Positions 45,037 to 54,656 are shown, counted from the first letter of the stretch. The stretch is DNA of 64,000 bases from Guillardia theta CCMP2712 (GCF_000315625.1 NW_005434655.1:252093-316092); one strand, 5' to 3'. Numbers and translations are program-made. The notes: generated by a model from the sequence alone, not told the origin.

Positions 45037-46182
45037 TCATCGGTCGTGCCTGGAGTGCCAGAACCCGCATCGCACTAGCTCCTGCGCCACCCACTCCACC
45101 CGCTCGGCGTCGCAATGCAGCGTCCTCCAATCGCTCTCCTGTACGCTGATCACGACCCATCCCTCCCTCTGCAGGGCCCTCTGCTTCGCGAGCATGTAAG
45201 ACGACGACACGTCCTTTGCCGTCTGGAAGACAATCTTAGTCTGCTCCTGCTGCTGCTGGCTCCCGTGATGCCCGATCCCCCCGTGCTCTACGATCACATC
45301 CATGTACTCCTTGCCCTCGTGCCTCGTTGAGTCGATCCTGTTCCTGACCCCGATGATGTCCAGCGTCTTGGCGAGCGACACGTGCAGAGACTGCTGCATG
45401 CATGCCCCGTTGCAGTGCGTCATCCCGCAGGGAGCATGCACGGCCTCAGCTGGGCCTTCCGCTTGCTCCTTCTTGGCTGAGTCCTTCTTCAGGATGTTGG
45501 TGAACGTCCTGTACAGACGCATCTTGTACGGCTCCTCCACCTCCTCCAGATCGATCTCGCACTCGTTGTCGTTGCATGTGAACGCCTGGGAGGATCGCTC
45601 GCTGGATAGAGGGCACTTGCGATTCAACCGCTGAGTCTCCAACGCCGCCTCCGAGGCATGCCGCTTCTCGACATCGTACACCTTGCTGATCCCCTCAAAG
45701 TACAGCGTGAGCGCGAGCTTGCTACTGAATTCAGCTTGCTGCTCCATCTCCATTCGTCTCTCTGCGCATAGAATAGTCAGGCGCGAGTCGTCACAAGATT
45801 GTACTCGCTCACCCTTCAAGGTCTTGGCCGACATGGCGTCCTCGAGCTGCTTCTGCAATGTCGGGACATTCTTCATCTGTCGGAACGCGAGAGGAAGAGC
45901 AAGAGGAAGCGCCGGCCGCACGAGCTCGTCGAAGTCGACGCCCACGTCCAGCATCCACTGGACTGGGACTGGTGGGGAGCTTGCGAGCTCGAGCAACGCA
46001 GGAGCGGAGAGGAGAGACATCCTAGTTTGTGGCTTCATCGACGACTTGCCCTGCGCACGGTTGAAAACTGATTTGCTGAGCGGAGCGGCAGGGATGTAAG
46101 CTCTAACTTCATTCTGGATTGTGTAAACGTGGAGCACAGCCACGAAAAGCTGAAGGCTGCCCATTCCAAATCTGCTGTGCAT
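45037..46182 (-). CDS. Intronless RAP-domain protein with probable bipartite plastid-targeting sequence
   Basis: Signal-like MGSLQLFVAVLHV...VRA|YIPAAPLSKS followed by a Ser/Lys-rich transit-like segment. C-terminal RAP-like LHVSLAKTL...MDVIV...LAKQRALQREGWVVISVQESDW. Confidence 0.7.
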   Translation of the reverse strand: MHSRFGMGSLQLFVAVLHVYTIQNEVRAYIPAAPLSKSVFNRAQGKSSMKPQTRMSLLSAPALLELASSPPVPVQWMLDVGVDFDELVRPALPLALPLAFRQMKNVPTLQKQLEDAMSAKTLKGERVQSCDDSRLTILCAERRMEMEQQAEFSSKLALTLYFEGISKVYDVEKRHASEAALETQRLNRKCPLSSERSSQAFTCNDNECEIDLEEVEEPYKMRLYRTFTNILKKDSAKKEQAEGPAEAVHAPCGMTHCNGACMQQSLHVSLAKTLDIIGVRNRIDSTRHEGKEYMDVIVEHGGIGHHGSQQQQEQTKIVFQTAKDVSSSYMLAKQRALQREGWVVISVQESDWRTLHCDAERVEWVAQELVRCGFWHSRHDR

Positions 46183-47369
46183 CTCTCCTTGCCGGGCTAC
46201 GCTCTGTGAGATGATTTGTGTGTCCGGTTCTGTCGTCCAACAGCAAGGTATAGCTTTCTTTGATCCTACTTCCTTTGTTCTCTTAGAGCAATCGTGCAAC
46301 TTAAATGGGTACAATCTACGAAGCTCGGAAATGTGTCCTTATCCTCGCCCCTCACACGCTGCAGACTGATCGATCCGCGATGGTTCTTCTTGTTCTCTTG
46401 TCGAATCCTGTTGTTGCCTCTAACCGTCCTCTCTCTGGCTCCGTTTCAAGGTCAGTTTCTCCTGTGTACCTCCCTCCTTCCGTTTCGTTCTCCCTGCATG
46501 AAAGGAGCCCCCTTTTAGCGTCTCCCCACCCACAACTACCCTACCCGATTGAATTGTACCCCTGCAACTTACTACCCTACCCACTTCAAAGAATTCCATT
46601 ACTCCTAGCTCATTTAGCAATGATTGTACCCATCCCGGCCTGATGATTATTATAGCAATGATAAAGGGTATATACACTGTCGTAAATAATCACTGCTTCA
46701 ACAGTGAAGTGCTACAACCCTACCTTATTTTATCACCCCAAATCAAACCCCACCCTACAAAACAAAGTCCATCTTATCAGTACCCACCCATTTTGTTGAC
46801 TGTTCTCATTAACCCTACCCATATTCCTGACAACGCAAATGTGGGTAGACCTAAGGGTAGTTTCCTTTTCTTAAAGTTGGCGGACCGCCTCCAAAAGCGA
46901 ACCCCTTGAATCCATGTGAATCAATGGGGTATTTCTGTTACGTCCCAGGGGTAGGGTCATAGCCGTATTGAGAGGCATTTACTACCCAAAATGTGATGCC
47001 CAAAAAGGGGGTGAGTGAAGGTACTTGCTGAGCTTCAGATAAGACTTTTACTGCAGTACGCCAATCTTGGTTGAGTCGGGGGCGAGTGGGGGGAGACCTG
47101 ATATCATACTCGAAAGGAGAGTTGTTCAAATTTTAAAACAGATATTCTGATTGTAAAATACTATTTTCGCAAAAACTAAAAACTATTTATTCAGATAAGG
47201 ATCTGAGGCTGGTTCGTCGGGGTTTGATCGTGCGCTGCCGTGCCGAACAGACATGATTTCACGATCATGATGTCACAACCTGCAGTTCGCCTCGGGCATT
47301 GCATAGGAAAGGCAGCAAATTTTCACGGCTTTGTATTATTGTGAAAAATGCTGTCCCACTAAGATGTGT

Positions 47370-48260
47370 CACAGTCCCGGTCCGCCGGCCGGGCCCCGGC
47401 GGCCGGTGCCTGTACCGTACGGCTCTCACACTCACGGCGGACCGACGGACCGTCCGCCGCGCGCGGCCGGGCCCGGGCCTCACCGTGGCACATGCCGCAC
47501 TGCCCACCGCCACTGTGCCCGGCGGCCGCGCACTGCAGTGCCGCTTCCGCCGGAAGTTCGCCGCGCGGCCGGGCGGCCGCCGGGGCCGCGCCGCGCGGCC
47601 GTGACTGCCGCGGTGGCCACCGTGCCTACCGGCGCAGCCGCGGCCGCCGGGGCCTGGCCGCCAGTCACTGGCACGGTACTCACTGCGGAGGCTACTCACT
47701 GAGTCCGAGTACCGGCGTGACTCTCAAACGCAGGGTCGGACGGTCTAGTCTAGCGCCGCCTCAGCCTGGGTCAGGTGACCCATTTGATCGGATCATCCCG
47801 AGTCCCCAGTCGATTCACTTCAACGCCTCAGTTAATTCTATACGCCGGCCGGGCAGGCTTCTCCCACTACTAGGCTAGGTGACCGTCCCAGCGCGTCTTC
47901 CCCTCGCCATTATTCTTCCGAGTCTGAGTCTCATGTCGCGAAGCCGCGGCGGCGACGGACGGTGTCTTCTCTGCCGATCCTTGTCTTCAGTGTTTTACGG
48001 TTTGAGTTTTGTGCAAACATGCAAAGTTTGCCAAAGTTGCAGTCCCCCGGCCCGATCCCATGATACTTCCTCTGGCCGCCAGTACGGTCACCATCTTCAA
48101 TCAGTACCAAGTTGATTGCAGTGCGAGTGATCCGTCACATGATTCGGGCTCTCCGACCTCTCCTCTGGGCCTCTCCTTATTGTCCTCGTACTGCATTTCA
48201 CTTAACTTTGAGTAAACCCCCGATTCGAGAGTCTCGCTCCGAGGCAGTCACGGTAGTTCA
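47370..48260. promoter_or_regulatory. Large GC-rich intergenic core between the divergent RAP and receptor-CHAT genes
   Basis: Very dense CCGG/GGCC, ACTCACTGAGT, GTACCGTAC. Edge motif at 48171-48216. Confidence 0.5.
48171..48216 (-). repeat. Copy of conserved 46-bp intergenic motif (inverted relative to 53808-53853)
   Basis: Reverse complement TTTACTCAAAGTTAAGTGAAATGCAGTACGAGGACAATAAGGAGAG; 42/46 ungapped identity to 53808-53853. Confidence 0.9.
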
Positions 48261-48338
48261 AGCCTGCCTCAGATGATCAGGTGGGAAGTGGAAAAGATGT
48301 GGCTCCTGATCCAGCTTTGAGGGAGGAACAGCGAAAAC

Positions 48339-51300
48339 ATGTGGGGACTGCGAAGATGTCGTTTGCTCTCTTCGTCTTTAGCTGCATCTATCATGATGAT
48401 CATGATGTCCACGAGCGCTGCTACTGACCTCTGCTTCTCTGGTTTTTACTTCAACGGCACAGGATGCGTGCCCTGTGCTGGGAATCCTGGGAACTCTCGC
48501 TGGGCCTCCAATGGACCGCGATGCGGATGGCTGTGTGATGTGGGATACAGGGAGAGCAACGGAGACTGTGTGCCATGCTCCGGAGAGTGTCGGTCATATG
48601 ACGTCGAGCTGCTGCAGCTTAGCGAACTGAGCGAGGGAGATGCAAGCTTGGAGTTGATGTTTGACTTCTGCTCGGTTGTGTGCCAGAAGTTTGGTCTGTT
48701 CTTCACGGGCATTTTCAGCCCGTCAAATCGAATGTGCATGTGTGCATTCAAGGAAAATCCGCCCGTCATCATCAGCAGCATGACAGCATGCGAAATTCTC
48801 CAGTCTGGCGAGCTTGACGTGCCCATCAAGATGCTTGAGTTTCAATTTCAAAAGTTTTCCTCCCATTCAAAACCTTTTCTTGCCAAGAGCAGCTCGGATT
48901 CTGCTATTTTCTGCTATCAAGCCTCACAAACGACATCAGATATGAGGGTGCTCTGTCTTGTTTATGGGAATGTCACCAGTGCTGTCACATTGATGAGAGA
49001 CGGCAGATTGTCTTCAAATGCAGTTCAATACATGCACGTGAGGAGTACTTTCACACCGTTGTTGCTTCATGGCGATGGCGGGGAAGATAACACATGTAAA
49101 AGCTGCAAGGTCGGGCGCTTTCTAAATTTCAGACCTTTTCCAACCGCAAAGAGCAGCAGCAACACACTCAACGGACCGACAAGGGTTTCTTCGTTTCAGA
49201 TCGAGATTGCTCAGGAACGATCAAAGAAGATGTTTGCGTGCGCGAGATTGGTTAAGTCTTTGGGTTTTCCGTATTTCTGTCTCAAGACAGAGATCGACGA
49301 AGCGTGCTACGCCATCAGTTTCGCAGATGTGTTGAAGGAGGGGAATATGGAATGTTGGTCAGTCCAGATGGCATGTGAGGACTGTTCTGCTCCAGCAGGC
49401 TGGTATGCTTCTGCTCTGAGTCTCAACTTCACATCGCCTGGTCTGCCACTCCTTAATCAAAGCTGCAACGTTGAGTGTCCAACAGATTCTTACACCATCC
49501 GCGGTTTCGAATACATCTCGTACTGGGACAGGCGTGAAGTTACAGTTTGTTATGAAAAGCATGCATGGAATCTCCTGCGCACTGCTTATGTACTTCCAGT
49601 TCCTCTGGGGATGATTATCATTGCTGTAGCAATTCATTTTGAAAGGAAGATGAAGAAATCACAATCTCAATGTGCTGAATGCAGCAGCGAATGGAAAGAC
49701 AACTCCTGCCCCATCGATGGTTTGCCTCTTTCGCAGAAGCTGACACTGGAGGATCTTGGAATCGAGATGGAAGAAAGCTTTGAAGACAATCAAAACATTG
49801 TCAACCTGAGCTGTCAATGCTCGAGGGAGGAAGTTACGTCCATCTTGGTCTGCGGACATGGTTCTTGCAAGTATGAATCGTGTACAAACTGCGGCTGTTG
49901 TTGGGACAAGCAGAAATGGAAGCGCTCTTCTCTGTGGTGGATCCCCCTTGCTATTCTCACCTTCGCATGCTTTGTTTCTTGGAACATTGGTGCTGCTTTC
50001 TACGTCGGAAATTGGCTCAATTGGACGAAATTTTGGTGGATTCTCTTTGCTTCCAGTCACGCCATTATGTTTGTAGTGTATCTTAGAACATGTGCGTACA
50101 AGACAAAGTGCTTGCGCGATGATTGCTGTCCATGCTATTCGCCGGTACCGATGAAAAAAGTTCCCAAGGGATTTCAGTGTGTTTTGATGTTTTTCTTCAC
50201 CACTTTCATTCTACAGTTGTTTTTAACTCTTCTCACACTTAAGGTCGACTGGCAGTTTGCCGAACATTATGGAGGCTGTGAGAGCATCGACTGTTTGATG
50301 TATTCTCGTGTAGACTACAGAGCTTTCTGCCCGCTCTGTAGCGAAGATGAAATACTCTATGCAAAAGTTCCGAGTAACCTCAACAGCAGCTTCATGGTCT
50401 TGGGATTTTTCTTCATGATTGTCAGCTTGATCTGCTGCTTACGGACGCTGCATTTTAGCATAGTTATTGGCATCCGTATTTGCTGCGTGTGTGCAAACAG
50501 CAGGATTCACGAGTTTTCTTATATTTCAGGTTGTTATCAAGATTTCACTTTTGAGACTCTTGGACGAGAATTGTTTCGTTGGCCGAGGAGCTGCAGTAGA
50601 TGCAAGCAGAGACTGTGGAGGAAAGAGAAGCTGTTGGACTCGTTTCTTTATCGCCGGAGGACGAATGTGGTGGTTGCATTGATGAAGCGACTGTCTTTCT
50701 TCGTCACATTCCGGCGATTCTTGGACAACACAAGGCATTTCTACACGTACAAGCCCCTTGGCTCTGCCCAGAACGATCGCTCGGACATTGAGATGGCGGT
50801 AACCACAAGTCAACGTCGACGAAAACCTTCGGCTCCTCTTGTCACAGGATGGAGAGATTTACCTTTCTTGACGTTTCTGAAGACTGAGGGGGCAGGATGT
50901 GCGGAGCTCTTGTACGATGGGAGTCCCCAGCCAAGACTCTTTGCCTTCTCAAAGCTGCCCAAAGGGTTTGTGCTGGAGGAGGTTACAGGCGATCTGAAAT
51001 GGGACCTGCCGGCGGAGGAGAAGGAGGACCATTACCAGTTTGACCTCATCGCATCTAACTTTGTCGGGGAATGCAGGCACGAAGTCCATCTCTTCTTCTC
51101 TGCTGGGCCATGTCCTCCCGCCTCCCTCAGCTACTCTTGCAGTCGCTGCCTGCGCTGTCGGTGCGGCGGCATCTTGACAAGGTATGCCGGCTGGGGCGTC
51201 AAGGTAGTCTGCGACTATTGCGATGCCGTTGGGGAGGCTCATCGACTCGACTGGTTTGTCTGCAGAGCTTCTGGTTGCTCCTTCGATGTCTGCCCGCGTT

Positions 51301-52979
51301 GTGCTGGAAAGAACAGCAGCAGCCCAGATAGGGGAGAGGTCGTCTTCCAGCTGTATCACAATGTCGAGATGTTTGCATGGTGTCCGCTCCCTTCCTTCTT
51401 TCCTGGCTTCCCATCTCCGATCTTCGATGCTGCTGATCTCCCTCCTGGTCTCGTCATCGACGTTGCGACCGGCAAGATCTCAGGCATGCCGTCTGCTTGC
51501 GGCGTGTGGATGGTCACGGTCACGGCAAGCAACTTAGGTGGAGGGTGTCAAACGGTTTTTCTCATAGAGGTGGTAAGCTTCGAGCCGCCCCATGACCTCA
51601 GCTACACGAGCGTCTCGTCAGCCTTCACGGGCAACCAGTTCTCCTACGACGAGAGCAATTTCTTGGCGATTGACGCCTTCCGGTCGCCTGCTTCTAGTGA
51701 GACCTGTCTCATCCCCAGCTGGAGCGGTACCATCACACGCTTCTCCATTCATCCTGCGCTTCCTCCTGGGGTCCACCTGGAAGAGGAGACTGGAGTGATT
51801 TCGGGGGTCGCTAAGAGCGCCATGCAGACAAATTGCTTCACAGTGGTCGGGAGAGGGCCCGGAGGGATGTACTGCTGCGCCCACGTGCGGTTGAAGATCG
51901 CTCGCATCTTGGAGCCCAAGATTCAATACCTGTCTGAAGGCATGCGGAAGATTCCGCTCGGCTCGCACGTGAAGATCGAGCCGGTGAAGTCGCAGACGTC
52001 CATCTCCTGCAGACACATTGACCTGTCCCTCGTTCCTCGCATGTGGACACAGGAGGAGCAAGAGCCGGAGCCAGAGAAGTTCGAGCCACATCTTGTCTGC
52101 ATCAAGACTGACGTGCGTCCTCCTCTCCCCGAGGGACTTTCAGTGGACGAAGACGCGGTGATCTGTGGAACGGCAAGAAGGCCGACTCCAGCGACCACGT
52201 ACTCTATCGTCGTGAGGAACGAGAAGGGGTTGAGCTCCTCCGAAGTCTCCTTCGAGATCTTGAGAGCAGATGGCAAGTCGGCGACGAAGCCAAGGAGCAA
52301 GCTCCTTGCCTTCTTCACGACCCCGCAGGGTTATGAGTCGGTGAATGTGCATGGAGAGGCGCAGGAGATGATGAGGAAGCACATGGACCCTGAGTTTGCC
52401 TTCGACTGCGACGTCAACCCCCAGCCCACCTTCTCGGACTTCAAGAAGTTCCTGACTTCTCATCACGGCTTCAACGTCCGCGTCCTCCACTTTGCCGGGC
52501 ACGGAGAGCAGAACTTCGGCTTTATCTGGAATGAAGACCATCCCAGCATCGCTACTCCGGCTGTTTACGACATGGGCGAGCTTTGCAGCCTTGTGGGAAG
52601 GGTTGCCGTGGGACAGACGCTGACAGGAACGGTGGAGTGTGTTGTGCTCAATGCTTGCCAGACGGAAATGCTGGGGAAGAGAATGCGAAGTGCGGGAGTG
52701 AGAAATGTCGTTTGCTGGAGGACCAAGGTGAAGGACACGACGGCGATGGAGTTCACAGACGCGTTTTACGATTATTTCATGGGCAAGGAGCAGATAGAGG
52801 AGGAGGATTATCAGCATGCTTTCCGGCAGGCAAAGGAGAGAATCCATCCGACAAAGAAGTCAGACAATGCAGGCGCGCTGTCAAGAGCAATACGAAGGAG
52901 ATGTGACTCTCGATCAAGCCTCGACGTCGTTGTTTTCTTGAGTAAGCGAGGAGATGTTTTACCAGAGCAAAGAGAGTAG
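48339..52979 (+). CDS. Intronless multipass receptor-like protein with Cys-rich/WSC-like ectodomain, He_PIG repeats, ZZ-like zinc finger and C-terminal CHAT (caspase-fold) peptidase
   Basis: 1546-aa ORF. Signal peptide; CFSGFYFNGTGCVPC and CDVGYRESNGDCVPC; ~5 hydrophobic helices (49587-50460); LPxGL..D..TG.ISG-type repeats x4; CDYC...C....C.FDVCPRC; KLLAFFTTP...VLHFAGHG...VVLNACQT...FTDAFY. Confidence 0.88.
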   Translation: MWGLRRCRLLSSSLAASIMMIMMSTSAATDLCFSGFYFNGTGCVPCAGNPGNSRWASNGPRCGWLCDVGYRESNGDCVPCSGECRSYDVELLQLSELSEGDASLELMFDFCSVVCQKFGLFFTGIFSPSNRMCMCAFKENPPVIISSMTACEILQSGELDVPIKMLEFQFQKFSSHSKPFLAKSSSDSAIFCYQASQTTSDMRVLCLVYGNVTSAVTLMRDGRLSSNAVQYMHVRSTFTPLLLHGDGGEDNTCKSCKVGRFLNFRPFPTAKSSSNTLNGPTRVSSFQIEIAQERSKKMFACARLVKSLGFPYFCLKTEIDEACYAISFADVLKEGNMECWSVQMACEDCSAPAGWYASALSLNFTSPGLPLLNQSCNVECPTDSYTIRGFEYISYWDRREVTVCYEKHAWNLLRTAYVLPVPLGMIIIAVAIHFERKMKKSQSQCAECSSEWKDNSCPIDGLPLSQKLTLEDLGIEMEESFEDNQNIVNLSCQCSREEVTSILVCGHGSCKYESCTNCGCCWDKQKWKRSSLWWIPLAILTFACFVSWNIGAAFYVGNWLNWTKFWWILFASSHAIMFVVYLRTCAYKTKCLRDDCCPCYSPVPMKKVPKGFQCVLMFFFTTFILQLFLTLLTLKVDWQFAEHYGGCESIDCLMYSRVDYRAFCPLCSEDEILYAKVPSNLNSSFMVLGFFFMIVSLICCLRTLHFSIVIGIRICCVCANSRIHEFSYISGCYQDFTFETLGRELFRWPRSCSRCKQRLWRKEKLLDSFLYRRRTNVVVALMKRLSFFVTFRRFLDNTRHFYTYKPLGSAQNDRSDIEMAVTTSQRRRKPSAPLVTGWRDLPFLTFLKTEGAGCAELLYDGSPQPRLFAFSKLPKGFVLEEVTGDLKWDLPAEEKEDHYQFDLIASNFVGECRHEVHLFFSAGPCPPASLSYSCSRCLRCRCGGILTRYAGWGVKVVCDYCDAVGEAHRLDWFVCRASGCSFDVCPRCAGKNSSSPDRGEVVFQLYHNVEMFAWCPLPSFFPGFPSPIFDAADLPPGLVIDVATGKISGMPSACGVWMVTVTASNLGGGCQTVFLIEVVSFEPPHDLSYTSVSSAFTGNQFSYDESNFLAIDAFRSPASSETCLIPSWSGTITRFSIHPALPPGVHLEEETGVISGVAKSAMQTNCFTVVGRGPGGMYCCAHVRLKIARILEPKIQYLSEGMRKIPLGSHVKIEPVKSQTSISCRHIDLSLVPRMWTQEEQEPEPEKFEPHLVCIKTDVRPPLPEGLSVDEDAVICGTARRPTPATTYSIVVRNEKGLSSSEVSFEILRADGKSATKPRSKLLAFFTTPQGYESVNVHGEAQEMMRKHMDPEFAFDCDVNPQPTFSDFKKFLTSHHGFNVRVLHFAGHGEQNFGFIWNEDHPSIATPAVYDMGELCSLVGRVAVGQTLTGTVECVVLNACQTEMLGKRMRSAGVRNVVCWRTKVKDTTAMEFTDAFYDYFMGKEQIEEEDYQHAFRQAKERIHPTKKSDNAGALSRAIRRRCDSRSSLDVVVFLSKRGDVLPEQRE

Positions 52980-53066
52980 GTGAGATGCTAGCGAGAGAGA
53001 GCTCGTTGCAGAGTTAGAGATAATTAGATGTGTAAGATGTAGCCCGGACAAGCGTCTAACAGATGC

Positions 53067-53779
53067 ATGACACGAGCATCACTGTCCAATCTTATAGAAA
53101 TGTGTGGCCCCACCACCCCACTCCCTTGCACAAACAGATTCGCGCCATTCATGGCTTCTACGCACACGGGAAACGTATCAGCCATTCCATCAATTTCTGA
53201 GGATCAGCTTGCAGCCAAAGCAAGAAGGCATGTAGGAGGATCTAACATCACCAGAATGGATGTTGATGACGAGCAGCAGCAGCAGCAACAGCAACAGCAG
53301 GAAGAGAAGCAGAACGCTATCGAATTATGTTTTCTGTGGATGCCAACGAACAGAATGTGTCAATGGCGATTCGTCAGATGACCGTGATTCTTGTATACAA
53401 CAGGCGAATCTGAAATCCATTCGAATTTCTCTAGAAGCCAAGTGCTTCAAAAATGCATGGGAGCTGTATCACTTTGGCAACCATGCCAAAGGGATACCTG
53501 CTTTAAAGAAACTGCAAGGATCAAAATTTGAGAGACCGAACATCCGGAGAAGTAGGGCTTGTCGAGCGGACAGACATCTTACAGTCAAGTTCGGGGGACA
53601 GCAGTGGGCAGGATAAGACTTGGTTCTCACTGTCTTTTCTCTTCTCGCCGTATGGCCTGTGCGACAGTTTCAGGTTTTTAAGCCTCCTCATGTTGGTGCA
53701 GGATTCAGTGTTGAACGCATTCATTGAAGGAGACGAGTATACCACGAACACACACGAGCATGAAGAAACTCGAAAGTAG
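53067..53779 (+). other. Possible small or decayed coding region
   Basis: Overlapping short ORFs with polyQ and a NAWELYHFGNHAKGIPALKKL segment; no clean gene model. Confidence 0.3.
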
Positions 53780-53807
53780 CGCCGTGATCGGACTGACCGT
53801 GACGGTC

Positions 53808-53853
53808 TTTACTCAAAGTGAAGTTAAAAGCAGTACGAGGACAATCAGGAGAG
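53808..53853 (+). repeat. Copy of conserved 46-bp intergenic motif
   Basis: TTTACTCAAAGTGAAGTTAAAAGCAGTACGAGGACAATCAGGAGAG; a shorter near-identical copy is at 920-952. Confidence 0.9.
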
Positions 53854-54656
53854 TCGAGGAGGCTTGACCCTGACACTGTCGCACAGGCCAAACGGCGAGA
53901 AGAGAAAAGACAGCGAGAACTAAACCTAAACCTGCCGACTGCTGTCCCTCAAGTACAAAGTATGGCAAAGAAACAAGGCCGGGGTCCTAACCCGGCAAAT
54001 TACCCGTGAGGGTGGGTGGTGAGATTTCTCGCCTAGTAAAGGGGTGGGTGATTGGGGGCCCGCCGGGCCGGATGATGTAACTGCTACTATAGTACCGTTG
54101 ATATGCCATGCTAAAATGGGAGAATATCAGGGGTGCCGTGCCAGGGCTCCAGGGAAGCAGCGAGGAGAGGTAGGTGGGGTACTGTACCGTACCCCATGGG
54201 GCATCCGACATGGCTGTGGCACCACAGGGGGGCATGACTCAGAACCTACACTGATAGCTACAATGTAGGGGCAGGGGGAGGGTGGGGTGAAGTGATAATG
54301 CTGGTGGGGGGAATGAGGGGTAGGGGTCCAAACCACTTAATGAACTTGGGCCAGCATCGGGGTAGGTGGTACCACTGCGAGAAGGGTGCCTCATCGATGG
54401 AAGGGGAAGTCTGTTTTCAGAGCACCGCTTGTGACAGTAAGTGGGAGGGGTGAGAAGATCACCTACCCTATTCCCTAAAGTTTTCTTCAAAAAGTAGGGG
54501 TGATACAGGGAGTGACAGCATGTAGAAGGGGTATCAAATGATCATACAGGGGTTAGGCGCGGGTAATGACGTGAACGCTGGGGTGGGGTAGTGACCAGTG
54601 TCGGGTTCGGAAGGGACAGAGGGGGTGGGACTTGCGGTCCTCTGAGCGACTGGAGC

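Noticed and set aside
49670-49910. RING finger in the first cytosolic loop of the receptor-CHAT protein (CQC...CGHGSC...CTNC)
   Set aside because: Cys/His-rich and probably metal-binding, but the spacing does not fit a canonical RING well enough to call.
48171-53853. Calling the inverted-repeat-bounded segment a DNA transposon
   Set aside because: No transposase, no visible target-site duplication, and unpaired copies of the motif elsewhere; kept only as a hypothesis.
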